Assembly (NCBI RefSeq): GCF_009914755.1
Contig: NC_060931.1
Length of the DNA: 64,000 nt
Strand: one strand, 5' to 3'
From: the human T2T-CHM13v2.0 reference genome, Homo sapiens
Below, one piece after another: positions 1 to 13,900 of this stretch (the stretch's first letter is position 1; each line of letters begins with the position of its first letter). The notes under the pieces were generated by a model. It was given only the letters and a program-made list of their open reading frames with translations. It made no database searches and was not told the origin of the DNA. The translations under genes and the position numbers were made by a program.

Positions 1-877
1 ACTAGTACAACAGGAAAATATCACAATTCTATATATATATGCACCTAATGCTGGCAATCCCAAATGAATAAAATCAATTACTACTAGACCTAAGAAATGA
101 GACAGGCAGCAACACAATAATAGTGGGGGACTTTAATACTCCACTGACAGCACGAGACAGGTCATCAAGACAGAAAATTAACAACAAAACAATGGACTTA
201 AACTATATCCTAGAACAAACAGACTTAACAGATATTTACAAAACATTCTATCCAACAACTGCAGAATATACATTCTATTCATCAACACATGGAACATTCT
301 CCAAGAGAGACCATATGATAGAAAACAGAACAAGTCTCAACAAATTTAAGAAAAAATGAAATTATAGCAAGTCCTGTCTCAGACCACAGTGGAATAAAAT
401 TGAAAATCAACTCCAAAAGGAACCCTCAAAACCATGCAAATACATGGAAATTAAATAATCTACTCCTAAATGACCATTGAATCAACAATAAATTAATTTC
501 CATCTCGATTTTAGTTTTGACCTATTGATGAATGATAATAGTGACATAACCTATCAAAACCTCTGGGATACAGCAAAAGCAGTGCTAAGAGGAACATTTA
601 TAACATGAAATGCCTACATAGAAAAGTCTGAAAGAGCACTAATAGACAATCTTAGGTGACACCTCAAGGAACTAGAGAAGCAGGAACAAACCAAACCCAA
701 ACCCAACAGAAGAAAATAAATAACCAAGATCAGAACAAAATTAAATTAAATTTAAACAAAAGAAAATACAAAAGATAAATGAAACAAAAAAACTGGTTCT
801 TTGAAATGATAAATAACATTGATAGACAATTAGTGAGATTTACGAAGAAAAAAAGAGGATCCAACTAAGCTCAATTA

Positions 878-1190
<313 letters not shown>

Positions 1191-2954
1191 AGAAAGAAAA
1201 TGGGTGATATTAAAACTGATACCACAGAAATACAAAAGATCATTCAAGGCTACTATGACCACCTTTACACACATAAACTAGAAAACCTAGAGGAGATGGA
1301 TAAATTCCTAGAAATAAACAACCCACCTAGATTAAACCAGGAAGAAATAGAAACTCTGAACAGACTAATAGCAACCAGTAAGATTGAAATGGTAATTAAA
1401 AAGTTACCAAAAAAAAAAAGTCCAGGACCAGATGGATTCACAACTGAATTCTATCAAACATTCAGAGAAGAATTGGTACCAATCCCATTAACACTATTCA
1501 AACATATAGAGAAAGAGGGAATCCTCCCTAAATCCTACTATGATGCCAGTATCACCCTAATACCAAAACCAGGAAAAGAAATAACAAGAAAAGAAAACTA
1601 CAGGCCAATATCACTGATAAACATAGATGCAAAAATCATCAAGAAAATACTAGCTAACCGAATCCAACAGCATATCAAAAAGATAATTCAACACGATCAA
1701 GTGGGTTTCATACCAGGGATGCAGGGATGGTTTAACATACACAAGTCAATAAATGTGATATACCACATCAAAAGAATAAAAAACAAAAATTACATGGTCA
1801 TCTCAATAGATGCAGAAAAAGCATTTGACAAAATCTAGCATCACTTTAGGATTAAAACCCTCAGCAAAATCGGCATAGAAAGGACATACCTTAAGGTAAT
1901 AGAAGCCAACTATAAGAAACCCACAGCCAACATTGTTATGAATAGGGAACAGTTGAAAGCATTCTCCCTGAGAACTGGAACAAGACAAGGATGCCCACTC
2001 CCACCACGTCTATTCAACACAATATTGGAAGTCCTACCCAGAGCAATCAGAAGAGAAAGAGATAAAGGGCATCTAAATTGGTAAAGAGGAAGTCAAACTG
2101 TTGCTGTTTGCCGATGACATGATCGTATATCTAGAAAACCCTAAAGATTCATCTAAAAAACTGCTAGAACTGGTAAATGAATTCAGCAAAGTTTCAAGAT
2201 GCAAAACTAATGTACACAAATCAGTAGCCCTGCTATACACCAACAGCGAGCAAGCTGAGAATCAAATCAAGAACTCAACCCCTTTCACGATAGATGTAAA
2301 AAAATAATAAAATACTTAGGAATATACCTAACCAAGGACGTGAAAGACCTCTACAGGGAAAACTACAAAACACTCCTAAATGAAATCACAGATGACACAA
2401 ACAAATGGAAACACATCCCATGCTCTCGTATGGTTAGAATGAGTATTGTAAAAATGACCATACTGCCAAAAGCAATCTACAAATTCAATGCAATTCACAT
2501 CAATATAGCACCATCATTCTTCACAGAACCAGAAAAAAAAATCCTAAAATTCATATAGAACTAAAAAAGAGCCTGCATAGCCAAAGCAAGACTAAGTAAA
2601 AAGAACAAATCTGCAGTCATTACTTTACTTGACTTCAAACTACACTAGAAGGCCATAGTAACCAAAACAGCATGATAGTAGTATAAAAAAAAAACATATA
2701 AATCAAGGGAACAAAATAAAGAACCCAGAAATAAAGCCAAATATTTACAGTCAACTGATCTTCAACAAAGCCAACAAAAACACAAAGTGGAGAAAGGACA
2801 CCCTATTCAACAAATGGTGCTGGGATAATTGGCATCCACACGTAGAAGAATGAAACTGGATTCTCATCTCTCCCTTATAGAAAAATCAACTCAAGATGGA
2901 TCAAAGACTTAAATGTAAGACCTGAAACCATAAAAATTTTAAAAGATAGTATTG

Positions 2955-3007
2955 GAAAAACCCTTCTAGGCATTAGCTTAAGAAAAACCCTTCTAGGCAT
3001 TAGCTTA
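2955..3007 (+). repeat. Tandem duplication with 27-bp period inside L1PB
   Basis: gaaaaacccttctaggcattagctta occurs identically at 2955-2980 and 2982-3007. Confidence 0.92.
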
Positions 3008-3584
3008 GGAAAAGACTTCATGACCAGGAGCCCAAAAGCAGAATGCAACTGAAACAAATAGGTGGGACTTAATTAAACTAAAAAGCTTCTGCACAGCAAA
3101 AGAAACAATCAGCAGAGTAAACAGGCAGCCCACAGGGTGGGAGAAAAATCTTCACAATCTGTACATCCGACAAAGGACTAATATCTAGAATCTTCAAGGA
3201 ACTCAAACAATTCAGCAAGAAAAAGAAAAAAACAATCCCATCAAAAAGTGGGCTAAGGACATGAATAGACAATTCTCAAAAGAAGATATAGAAACAGCCA
3301 ACAAACATATAAGAAAGTGCTCAACATCACTAATGACCAGGGAACTGCAAATCGAAACCACAGTGCAATACCACCTTACTCCTGCAAGAATGCCCATGAT
3401 CATAAAATCAAATGTTGGCATAAATGTGGTGAAAATGAACACTTTTACACTGTTGGTGGGAATGTAAACTAGTGCAACCACTATGGAATGCTGTGTGGAG
3501 ATTCCTCAAAGAACTAAAAGTATATCTACCATTTGATCCAGCAATCCCAATCCTTGGTATCTACCCAGAGGAAAAGAAGTCATT

Positions 3585-3868
3585 AGCTGGATGTGATGGC
3601 TTATGCCTGTAATCCCAGCACTTTGGGAGGCTAAGGCACGCAGATCATTTGAGTCTGGTCATTCAAGACCAGCCTGGCCAACATGGAGAAGCCCCTGACT
3701 CTACTAAAAATGCAAAAATTAGCCAGGTATGGTGGCACATGCCTGTAATCCCAGCTACTTGGGAGGCTGAGGCAGGAGAATCACTTGAACCCTGGAGACA
3801 GAGGCTGCACTAAACTGAGATCACGCCACTGCACTCCAGGCTGAGCAAAGACTCTGTCCCAAAAAAAA
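3585..3868 (+). mobile_element. Alu (AluS-like) inserted in the L1PB 3' region
   Basis: Dimer with gcctgtaatcccagcactttgggagg, A-rich linker and short A-tail; L1 sequence resumes at 3869. Confidence 0.93.
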
Positions 3869-5614
3869 TTCGTTATACAAAAATGATACTTGCACATGCA
3901 TGTTAATAGCAGCACAATTAACAATTGCAAAAATATGGAACCAGTCCAAATGCCCATCAATCAACAAGTAGATAAAAAAAATGTAGTACATATATACCAT
4001 GGAATACTACTCAACCATAAAAAGGAATGAAATAATGGCATTCAAATCAACCTGGATAGAATTGGAGAACATCACTCTAAGTGAAGTAACTCAGGAAAGG
4101 AAAACCAAATATCGTATCTTCTCAGTCATAAGTGGGACCTAAGCTATGAGGACACAAAGGCTTAAGAATGATACAATGAACTTTGGGGACTTGGGGAAAA
4201 GGGTGTGGGGTAGATGAGGGATGAAAAGCTACACACTGGTTACAGTGTACACTGCTCAGGTGATGGGTGCACCTAAATCTCAGAAATCACCACTAAAGCA
4301 CTTATTCATATAAGCAAACACCACCTGTTCCCCCAAAACCTACTAAAATAAAAAATAAAATAAAATAAAAATGTAAAAAAAAAAATACCTAAAAATTTTC
4401 CCAATCTGAAGAGAAGTGACAACATCCAGGTACAGGAAGCACATAGGTCCCAGTTAAATTCAACCATAAAAGGAGTACACTAAGACAAATAATATTCAAA
4501 CTATCAAAAATCAAAGACAAAGAAAAATTCAGACAGCAGCAAGGGATAAATAATACATCATATACAAAGGAATGACAATATGTCTATCAACAAATTTCTC
4601 AGCAAAAACTGCAGGCAAGGAGAGTAGGATAATAATTGAAAGTACTGAAGGGAAAAAAACTGCCCACCAAATCTTCCTTAACCAGCAAAGACAACTTTCA
4701 GAAATGAGAGAGAAATAAAAATTTCCCAAACAAACAAAAACTAAGAGACTTCATCATCATTAAAAATGTCTTACAGGAGTTGCTATGGTGATTTCTTTAA
4801 ACTGAAACAAAAATATGCTAATTAATAACATGAAACATATAAATGCGCAATTTCAAGGGTATAAATAAAGCATAGCCATAATCAGAATAATCTAAGACTA
4901 TAATGATGGTGTATAAGGCAATTTTATCCCTAGTATGAGGCTAAAAGACAAAACTATTAATAACAATGATAGCTAAAATAAATTTCAAAGGGCTACATTA
5001 CAAAGTAATGTAAATTTTGACAGCAAAATCATAAAATGTGGGAAGGGAAATAAAAATGTAGAGTTGTATGTGCAATTCAAGTTAAGTTACTACCAGTTTG
5101 ATGTAGGCTGTTGATAAGAAAGATGTCTGTAAGCTTCATGGTAACCACAAAGCAAAATCTTTAGTAAAATTACAAAACAAAAATAGAAGCATTTCAACCA
5201 TAATACTATAGAAGACTATCAAACCACAAAGGAAGTCATAAAGAGAGAAAGAAAATACCTACAGAAACAACCAGAAAAGAACTAACAAAATGGCAGCAGT
5301 AAGTCCTTACTTAGTAATAATTACTTTGACCGTAACAGATTATGTTCTTCCAAAAAGATGTAGAATGACTGAATGGATTTTACAAAAATAAGATCTAACT
5401 ATATGCTGCTTACAAGAGTACACCTTGCTTTTAAGAACACACATAGATGAAAGAAAAAGGATGGAAAAAGACATTCCATGCAAGTGGAAATCAAAAGAGG
5501 AGGAATAGCTATAATCATATCAGACAAAATGTAACTTAAGTCAAAAACTGTAAGAGGCAAAGAAAGATATTATAACATAGTAGAGGGTTCAATTCAGCAA
5601 AAGGATATAACAAT

Positions 5615-5619
<5 letters not shown>

Positions 5620-5645
<26 letters not shown>
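5620..5645. repeat. (TA)n microsatellite
   Basis: Uninterrupted TA run of ~12 units. Confidence 0.9.
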
Positions 5646-6302
5646 CCAACATTGGAGCATCTAAACATGTAAAACAAATATTAAAGGATCTGAGGAGAGA
5701 ACAGATTGCAATACAGTAATAGTAAGGAAACACTGGGTTTAAACAACACTTCAGACAACATGGACTGGACAGACATGTACAGAATAGTCCATCCAACAGC
5801 AAGAGAATGCATATCTTTTAAAATGTACATAAAACATCCTCCAAGAGAGATCACATATTAGAACATAAAACAAACCTCATAAAATTTAAGAAGATTGAAA
5901 TTATATCAAGTATCTTTTCCAACCACGATAGTATAAAACTAGAAATCAATAACAAAATTCACAAGTACATGGAAATTAAACCATGCTCTGAAACAATCAA
6001 TTGGTCTGTAAAGAAATTAAAGAAAAACTTAAAAACATCGAGACAAATGAAAATGGAAACAAAACTGTCAAAACTTGTAGTGTACAGCAAAAGTAGTTCT
6101 AAAAGGAAAATTTGTGGCAATAAATGCCTACATCAAAATAGAAGAAAGATTACAAAATAAACAAACTAATGTTACACCTCACAGAACAGGAAAAAGAAAA
6201 CAAACTAAACTCAAAGTTAGCAAAAGGAAGAAAATAATAAAGACTAGAGCAAAAATAAATAAAATAGAGACTAGAAAAATAATGCAAAACATCAATAAAC
6301 TA

Positions 6303-6598
6303 AGTTGGATGCAGTGACTTACATCTGTACTCCCAGCACATTGGGAGGCTGAGGTAGAAGGATCACTTGAGGCCAGGAGTTTGTTAACAGCCAGGGAGAC
6401 ATAGTGAGACCCTGACTTTACAAAAAATTAAAAAATTAGCCAGGCATGGTGGCACACACTTTTAGTCCCAGTTACTTGGGAGGCTGTGATGGGAGAATCA
6501 CTTCAGCCTAGGAAGTTGAGGCTGCAGTGAGCTGCGATCATGCCACTGCACTCCAGCCTGGGCAACAGAGAAAAACTCTGTCTTTAAAAATGAAAAAA
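6303..6598 (+). mobile_element. Alu (AluJ-like)
   Basis: Diverged dimer with J-type gaaggatcacttgaggccaggagttt and gaggctgcagtgagctgcgatcatgcc. Confidence 0.9.
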
Positions 6599-7113
6599 AT
6601 CTACTGGCTTTTTGAAAAGATAAACAAAATTGACAAACCATTAGCTAAATTAACTAAGAAAAAAGAGAGGAGACTCAAATAAACTAGAAGTGAAAAGAGG
6701 AGAAAATAAAACTGATACCACAGAAATACGAAGGTTCGTAAGAAACTACTATGAACAATTATACACCAACAGATTGGATAACCTAATAAAGCCCTAAAAT
6801 TATACAATCTACTAAGACTCAATCATGAAGAAATAGAAAATCTGAACAAACCAATAAAGAATAAGATGATTGAATCAGTGACAAAAAGTCTCTCATCAGA
6901 AAAAAATAAAGCCCAGGACCTGATGACTTCACTGCTTAATTCTAGCAAACATGTAAAGAACTAACATCAATCCTTCTTAAACTCTTCCAATATATTAAAG
7001 AGGAGAGAATGCTTCCAAACTCTTTTAATGAGACTAGCAGTACTCTGATACCAAAGCTAGACAAGGACATTCCAAGACAAGAAAATTACTAGCCAATATC
7101 CTTGATGAACATA

Positions 7114-7164
7114 TGCTCTAGACAGGTGATCTGCTTAAGAAATAAAAATTCAAAAAAATTTAAA
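7114..7164 (+). mobile_element. Tiny TSD-flanked polyadenylated insertion of non-L1 sequence
   Basis: 19-bp direct repeat aatatccttgatgaacata (7095-7113) / aatatccatgatgaacata (7165-7183) flanks tgctctagacaggtgatctgcttaaga followed by AATAAA and an A-rich tail. Confidence 0.65.
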
Positions 7165-9577
7165 AATATCCATGATGAACATAGACGCAAAAATTCTGAA
7201 CAAAACACTAGCAATCTAACAACACATTAAAAGGGTTATCTACCATGATCAAGTGGGATTTATCTCTGGGATGCAAAGATGGTTCAATGTTCACATCAAT
7301 AAGTGTGATATATTACATTAACAGAATAAAGGATAAAATCCATATAATCACTTCAGTAGATGCAGAAAAACATCATTTCATGATAAAAAGTCATCAAATT
7401 AGTTATAGAAAACATATACCTCAACACAATAAAGGTCATATATGAGAAGTCCACAGCTAACACAAAAGTGAAAAATTGAAATCCTTTCCTCTAAGATATG
7501 AAATAATATAAGGATGCCCACTCACACCACTTCTATTCAACATAATATTGGAAATCCTTGCCAGAGTAATTAAGCAAGAGAAAAAATAAAAGGCATTCAA
7601 ATAGGAAAGGAAGAAGTAAAATTATCACTGTTTGCTGATGACATGATTTTATGTAGAGAAAATAGAATTTACCCAAAAACTGTTAGAATTAATTTTTTAA
7701 AATACTGTGAAGTTATAGGATACAAAATCAAAACACAGAAATCAGTATATTGGAAATAAACGATCCCAAAAAGACATTGAGAGAACAATCCTATCTACAA
7801 TAGTTATGAAAATAGTAAGACACTTAGGAATAAATTTAACCAAGGAGGTGAAAGATCTGCACACTGAAAACCATAAAACATTGGTGAAATAAATTGAAGA
7901 AGATACAAATAAGTGAAAAGATATTCTATATCCACAGACTGTAAGAATATTGTTAAAATGTCCATACTGCCCAAAGTGATGTACACATTTAATGCAGTCT
8001 CTATCAAACTTCCAATGCCTTTTTTCATAGAAATAGAAAAAAAAACCCTAAAATTCATATGGAACTACAAAAAAAATCCCTAATAGCCAAGTCAATTATG
8101 AGCAAAAAGAACAAGGTGGAAATATCACATTACCTGATTTCAAATTATATTACAAAGCTATAGTAATTAAAACAGCATGATACTGGTAAAAAAAAAAAAA
8201 CAGACACATCAACAAATGGAACAAAATAGGAAGCCCCAACATAAACCTATGCATGTTTGGTCAATTTATTTCCAAAAAGGTGCCAAGAATATACAATGAG
8301 AAAAGGATAGGTTCTTCAATAAATGGTGTTGGGGAAAACAGATATCCACATGCAGAAGAATGAAAGTAGGCCCTTATCTGACACGATATTAAAATATCAA
8401 TTCAAAATGGATTAATGATGTAAATATTAAAACCAAAACTGTAAAACTATTAGGAGAAAACATGGTGAGAAACTATATGATGTTGGTCTGAACAATGATT
8501 TTTTTTAAATTTGATCCCAAAAGCACAGGCAGTAAAAGCAAAAATAGACTAATGGGATTATATCAAACTAAAAAGCCTCTGCACACCAAAAGAAATAATT
8601 AACAGAGAGCAGAGATAACTTATGGAATGGGAGAAAAACATTTGCAAGCCGTACATCCAATAAGGAGTTAATATCCAGTATATATAAGGAGCCCATACAA
8701 CTCAATAGCAACAAAACACAAGGGAAATGCAAATTAAAACCATAAGATATCATCTCACCTCTGTCACAATGCCTATTATCAAAAAGACAAAAGATAACCA
8801 GTATTGGTGAAGCTGTGGAGAAAAGGGAACCTTATATACTGCTAGTGGAAATGTAGATTAGTACAACCACTATGGAAAACTGTATGAAAGTTCATCAAGA
8901 AACTAAAAATGAAATTACCATATGATCCAGCAATCTCACTTCTGAGTATTTAACCAAAAGATCTGAAATCAATTGTTAAAGATATCTCTGCATTCCTGTG
9001 TTTATTACAGCATTAATATGATAGCCAAGTTATAGAATCAACTAAGTGTCCGTGAGCAGATAAATAGGTAAACAAAATGTGGTATATATACACCATAAAA
9101 TACTATTCAGACTGGAAGAAAGAAGGAAATTCTGTCATTTGCAACGACATGCATGGAATTGAAGAACATTATGCTAAGTAAAATAAGCCAGAGAAAGACA
9201 AATACTGAATATTCTCACTTATATGTGGAATCCAAAAGAATTGAACCCATAGTAGCAGAGAATAGAATAGTGGTTACAGAGGCTGGGGGTTGTGGGGAGA
9301 TGATGGCCAAAACGTAAAAAGTCTTCGACAGAAGGAATACGACTTCTTTGATCGCTATTGCTCAAAATAGAGCATAGAGTATTAAACAACTCAAAATTGC
9401 TAAGAGGGTAAACTTCAAATGTTCTCACCACGAGAAGTGTTAAGTATATGGGGTGATGAATATGTTAACTAATTTGATTTAGTTATTCCACATTGTATTC
9501 ATAAATCATAAAATCACTTTGTGCCCCATAAACGTATACAATTATAAATTGTCAATTTATAATTTAAAAATTAAAAA

Positions 9578-10620
9578 TAGGACAAAAGGAGAAAAATCAC
9601 AGGATTACATCAATCAATATAGAAAGAGATTGACAAAACTCAACATCTACTCATGATTTTTAAAAAAAACTTAAAAAATAGAAATAGGAAACCTGTCAAC
9701 TTGATAATGACCATCTACAATAAACCTACAGTTAACATTGTACTTAATGGCAAAAGATTGAATGCTTTCTCCTTAAGAATTTCTGCTCTCAGTTCTCTCA
9801 TTCAACTTATTTCTGGAATTCTAGCCAGTGCAATAAAACAAGAATACGACATAAAAGACATATAGATTAGAAAGAATGAAGTAAAAATGTCCCTATTTGC
9901 AAATGACATGATTGTCTACAAAAAAACTCCTAAAAATAGTGCATCATCAAGATTACAGAATAAAAGATAAACATGTAAAAATCTATTGTATTTCTGTATG
10001 CTAGTGATAAATATGGACAACAAAATTAAAAACCTAATACAATATATAATCACTCAAAATAAAATACTCAGATAAATCTGACAAAATATGTACAGGACTT
10101 GCCAAAGACTATACAATGCTAATGAAAGAAATCAAAGCTCTGAATAATTAAAGAAACATATATTTATGATTGGAATAAAACACCTCAAATTAATATACAG
10201 CTTTAATGCAATTTATCTCAAAATCAAGATTTTTATAGATATAAACAACAGTATCCTAAAATGTATATGGAAAGGCAAAGAAACTGGAATAGCTAAAATA
10301 ATTTTGAGGAAAAAAAGAATCAAGTGGGAGAAATCAGTCTCCCCAATATCAAGGCACTATGTAGTTACAATAATCAAGACTATTGGCAGACAGGTAGAAA
10401 CATAGATTAATGGACTAGAACATAGGCCAATGAACAGAAGAGAGAAACAGAAGGTGCAAAAACTATTTAATAGAGAAAAGATATCCATTTCAACAAATGG
10501 TGCTGGAGCAATTTGACATCCACAGGACAAAAAGAAAAAGAACCTCGACATAAACCCTGAAACTTCTACAAAAATTATTTCAAAACAGATCAAAGACATG
10601 TCTAAAATATAAAATTATAG
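9578..10620 (+). mobile_element. Old LINE-1 ORF2 fragment (L1MC/L1MD-like)
   Basis: Highly diverged RT-region sequence (aaacctacagttaacattgtacttaatgg, ctatttgcaaatgacatgattgtctac, caacaaatggtgctggagcaatt). Confidence 0.75.
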
Positions 10621-10767
10621 ATCCTAGATATCAGCAAAATGGCAGAGTAGAAGATCCAAGTCTTTGTCCCACTAAACACAAAAACATTAGACAGCTGTAC
10701 ACTAATGAAAATAGCTCTGGGAGGGCTCAGAAGTCCAGTTAAGAAGTATAGCAACAAGGTGGAGCAC

Positions 10768-10941
10768 AGAAAGAAGAAGGAAGAAGAAGAGGAAGAGGAA
10801 GAAGGAGAAGGAAGGAGGAGAAGGCAGAAGAAGAAAAAGGAGGAAGAGGAAGAGGAGGAGGAGGAGGAAGAAGAGGATGAGGAGAAGGAGAAGAAGGAGA
10901 AGAAAAAGAGGAAGAAAAAGAAGGAGAAGGAGAAGGAAGAA
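10768..10941. repeat. GA-rich (GAA/GAG) low-complexity purine tract
   Basis: ~174 nt of almost pure A/G on the + strand, with only one C and one T. Confidence 0.95.
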
Positions 10942-13900
10942 GCATGCAGAAAGGGTAGGAAGAACAGGTTTATGTTGCCTTGCTCATTCCATTCTCAGGC
11001 CAGAAGAACTCAGCACCAATGGAAATGAATTCTGCTCCCAACTTCCCCAGTATTTCAGGACAATGCCCTAAAGACCCACTTTGTTTCATCCCACCTGGGT
11101 AGCTGAGGAGATTTTCATAGCAAGATACCTGAAAATGGCTAGGAACAAAGAAGGCAGACAGAGGCTATCAGTATCAACCACACAAGGTAGCTTAAAAAAT
11201 GCTGAAAGAAGTACTTCAAATTGAAACAAAAATGTTAAACATTAGTGCAAAAGCATATGAAAGCATAAATCTCACTGGTGAAGGTAAATATGTAGACATA
11301 CACAGATTAATGTTACAGTGTAATGGTGGTACAGAATTTACTTTTGACCCTAATATAAAAGTTAAAGCATAAAAAGATGTTAATGAACACACAATGTAGA
11401 AAGCAAATTCTGACTACAAAAACACAAAGTATGTTGGGGAAGTAAAAGTGTAGTTTTTTTTTTTATGAAATTGCAGTTAAGCAGTTATCAACTTAAAATA
11501 GAAGAGTATAACTACAAGATAGTTTATGCAAACCTGAAGCTAACAACAAATAAAAAACTTATAGTACAAAATATAAAGAGAAAATAAAGCAAATCACTAC
11601 AAAAAAATTATTAAACAACAAAGACATCAAGACAAGACAAAAGGGAAAAACAACTGCAAAATAGAAAACAACACAAAGGCAATAATAGTTTTTCATTTAT
11701 CAGTATTTATTTTAAACGCAAATAGATTAATTTCACCAGTCAAAAGTCATTGAGTGGATGAATGGATTTTTTAAAAAGCATGATCCAGTGATATGTTTTT
11801 TATAAGAGACTCACTTTAGAGGGACACATAGGCTGAAAGTAAAGAGATGGGAAAAAATATTTTACGCAAATGGTAACCAAAAGAAAGCAAGAGTGGCTAC
11901 ACTTAGATAAAATATAAGTGTAAAATAAGGCCATAAATGTCTCTAAAGACAAATTAGGTCATTATATAATAATAAAATAGTTGATTCAACATAAATATAT
12001 AACAATTTAAATATACATGCACCCAGTAATAGAGCACCTAAATATTAAGAGAAAATGTATCAGAACTAAAGACAGAAATTGACAGAAATATAATAATAGT
12101 AGGGAACTTCAATGCCCAATTACAATAATGGATAGAACAACCAAACAGGAAGTCAGTAAGCAGGTACCTGGACAAAACAATAGACCAAATGGGCCTAACA
12201 GGCATATACAAAACTTTCAACCTAAGAGCCAAAGTATGCTTACATTCTTTTCAAGTGCATACACAATATTCCTCAGAATAGGTCACATATCAGGCCACAC
12301 ACAAAAAAATCTTCCACTTAAGAAAAATCAAGATTATTTGATGTACCTTTTCTGACCACAATGAAATAAAACCAGAAATCAATAACACCAAGAAAATTCA
12401 CATATATGTAGAAACTAAACAACACTCTACTGAACATCCCATTGGGTCAAAAGAGAAATCAAAAGAAAAATTTAAAAGTATCTTGAGACAAATGAAAATG
12501 AAAACACAACATACTAAATCCTAAAGATGGCAAAAAAGTAGCACTAAAAGGCAAGTTTATAGCAATAAATACTTATATTTAGAAAGAAGAAAGCTCTTTA
12601 CCTCTTCACAACCTAACATTGTACAAAGGAATTAGAAAAAGAACTAACTAAACCCAAAGTTAGCAAAAGAGCAAAAATAAATCAAATGAGAAATTTTTTA
12701 AAAATATATTTTAAAAAATCAACAAGAATTAGGTTTTTTTGAAAGATAAAATTAATCAAACACTTAGTCTAAGAAAACACAGAAGACTCAAATAAAATCA
12801 GGAAACATTTCAATAGATGTCTCAGAAGTAGAAAGGATCATAAGGAACTATTATGAACAGTTCTATGCCCAACAAACTGGATAACATAGAAGAAATGAAT
12901 AAATTCCTAGACACATACAATCTACTCAAACTTAATCAAGAAGAAGCAGAAAGCCTGAACAAACCAATAACAAGTAAGGAAATTGAATCAGTAATCAAAA
13001 ACCTTCCAACAAAGAAAAGTCTAGGATGTGATGGCTTCACGGATGAATTCTAACAAACATTCAAAGAAGAATTAATAACAATCCTTCTGAAACTCTTCCA
13101 AAAAATAGATGAGAGAACACTTCCAAACTGATTCAATGAGATTAGCATCACCCTGACACCAAAACCAAAGACATTAGAGAAAAGGAAAACAACAGGTCAA
13201 TATCTCAAATGAACATAGATACAAAAAATTCTTGATAAAATACTAGCAAACCAAATTAAGCAGCAATTAAAAGTATCATATATCATAACTAAGTGGAATT
13301 TATCCCTGGGATACAAGAATGGTTTAACTTATGCAAATCAATCAATATGATACAACACAGTAACAAAATGAAAGAAAAAAGTATACTTATCCCAATAGAC
13401 CCAGAAATAGCATTTGATGAAATGTAAGATATATTTATACATAAAACTCTCAACAAAATAGGTATAGAAGGAACTTACTCCAGCACAATAAAGTGATATG
13501 AAAAGCCACAGCTAGCATCATAATCAATGGGAGGAAACTAAAATTATTTTCTCTAAAATCTGGTTAAAGGCAAGAATATTCACTTTTACCACTTTGTTTC
13601 AACATAGTACTGGGAGTCTCAGCCAGAACAATTAGAAAAGAAAAGGCATCCAAAGCTGAAAAGATGTAAAATTTTCTTCCTCTTCAGACTACATATATAG
13701 AAAACCCTAAATACTCAATTTAAAGAATACTAGAGCTAATAAATAAGTTCAGTAAAGTCAGATACAAAATCAACATACAAAAATCAGATGCTTTTCTATA
13801 CACAAACAATAAACTATCCAAAAACGAATTAGGAAAACAATCCTATTCACATAATAATAATAAGAAGAAAATATATAAGAATAAACAACAAAAATTGGAA

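Larger units (their letters stand above)
4386..9577 (+). mobile_element. LINE-1, L1MA-like (end of ORF1, ORF2, 3' UTR), degenerate
   Basis: Degenerate ORF1 C-terminus and ORF2 motifs (gcccaggacctgatgacttcactgc, tttgctgatgacatgatt). L1MA-type 3' UTR (aaaattgctaagagggtaaacttcaaatgttctcaccac...ttgtcaatttataatttaaaaa). Confidence 0.85.

Noticed and set aside
1200-1838. 212-aa ORF, and the 205-aa ORFs at 53102-53719 and 56081-56698, as genes
   Set aside because: They are fragments of L1 ORF2p/ORF1p in elements with many stops, frameshifts and Alu insertions.
10705-11028. Poly-Glu/Lys 107-aa ORF
   Set aside because: Translation of a GA-rich simple repeat inside an L1 remnant.
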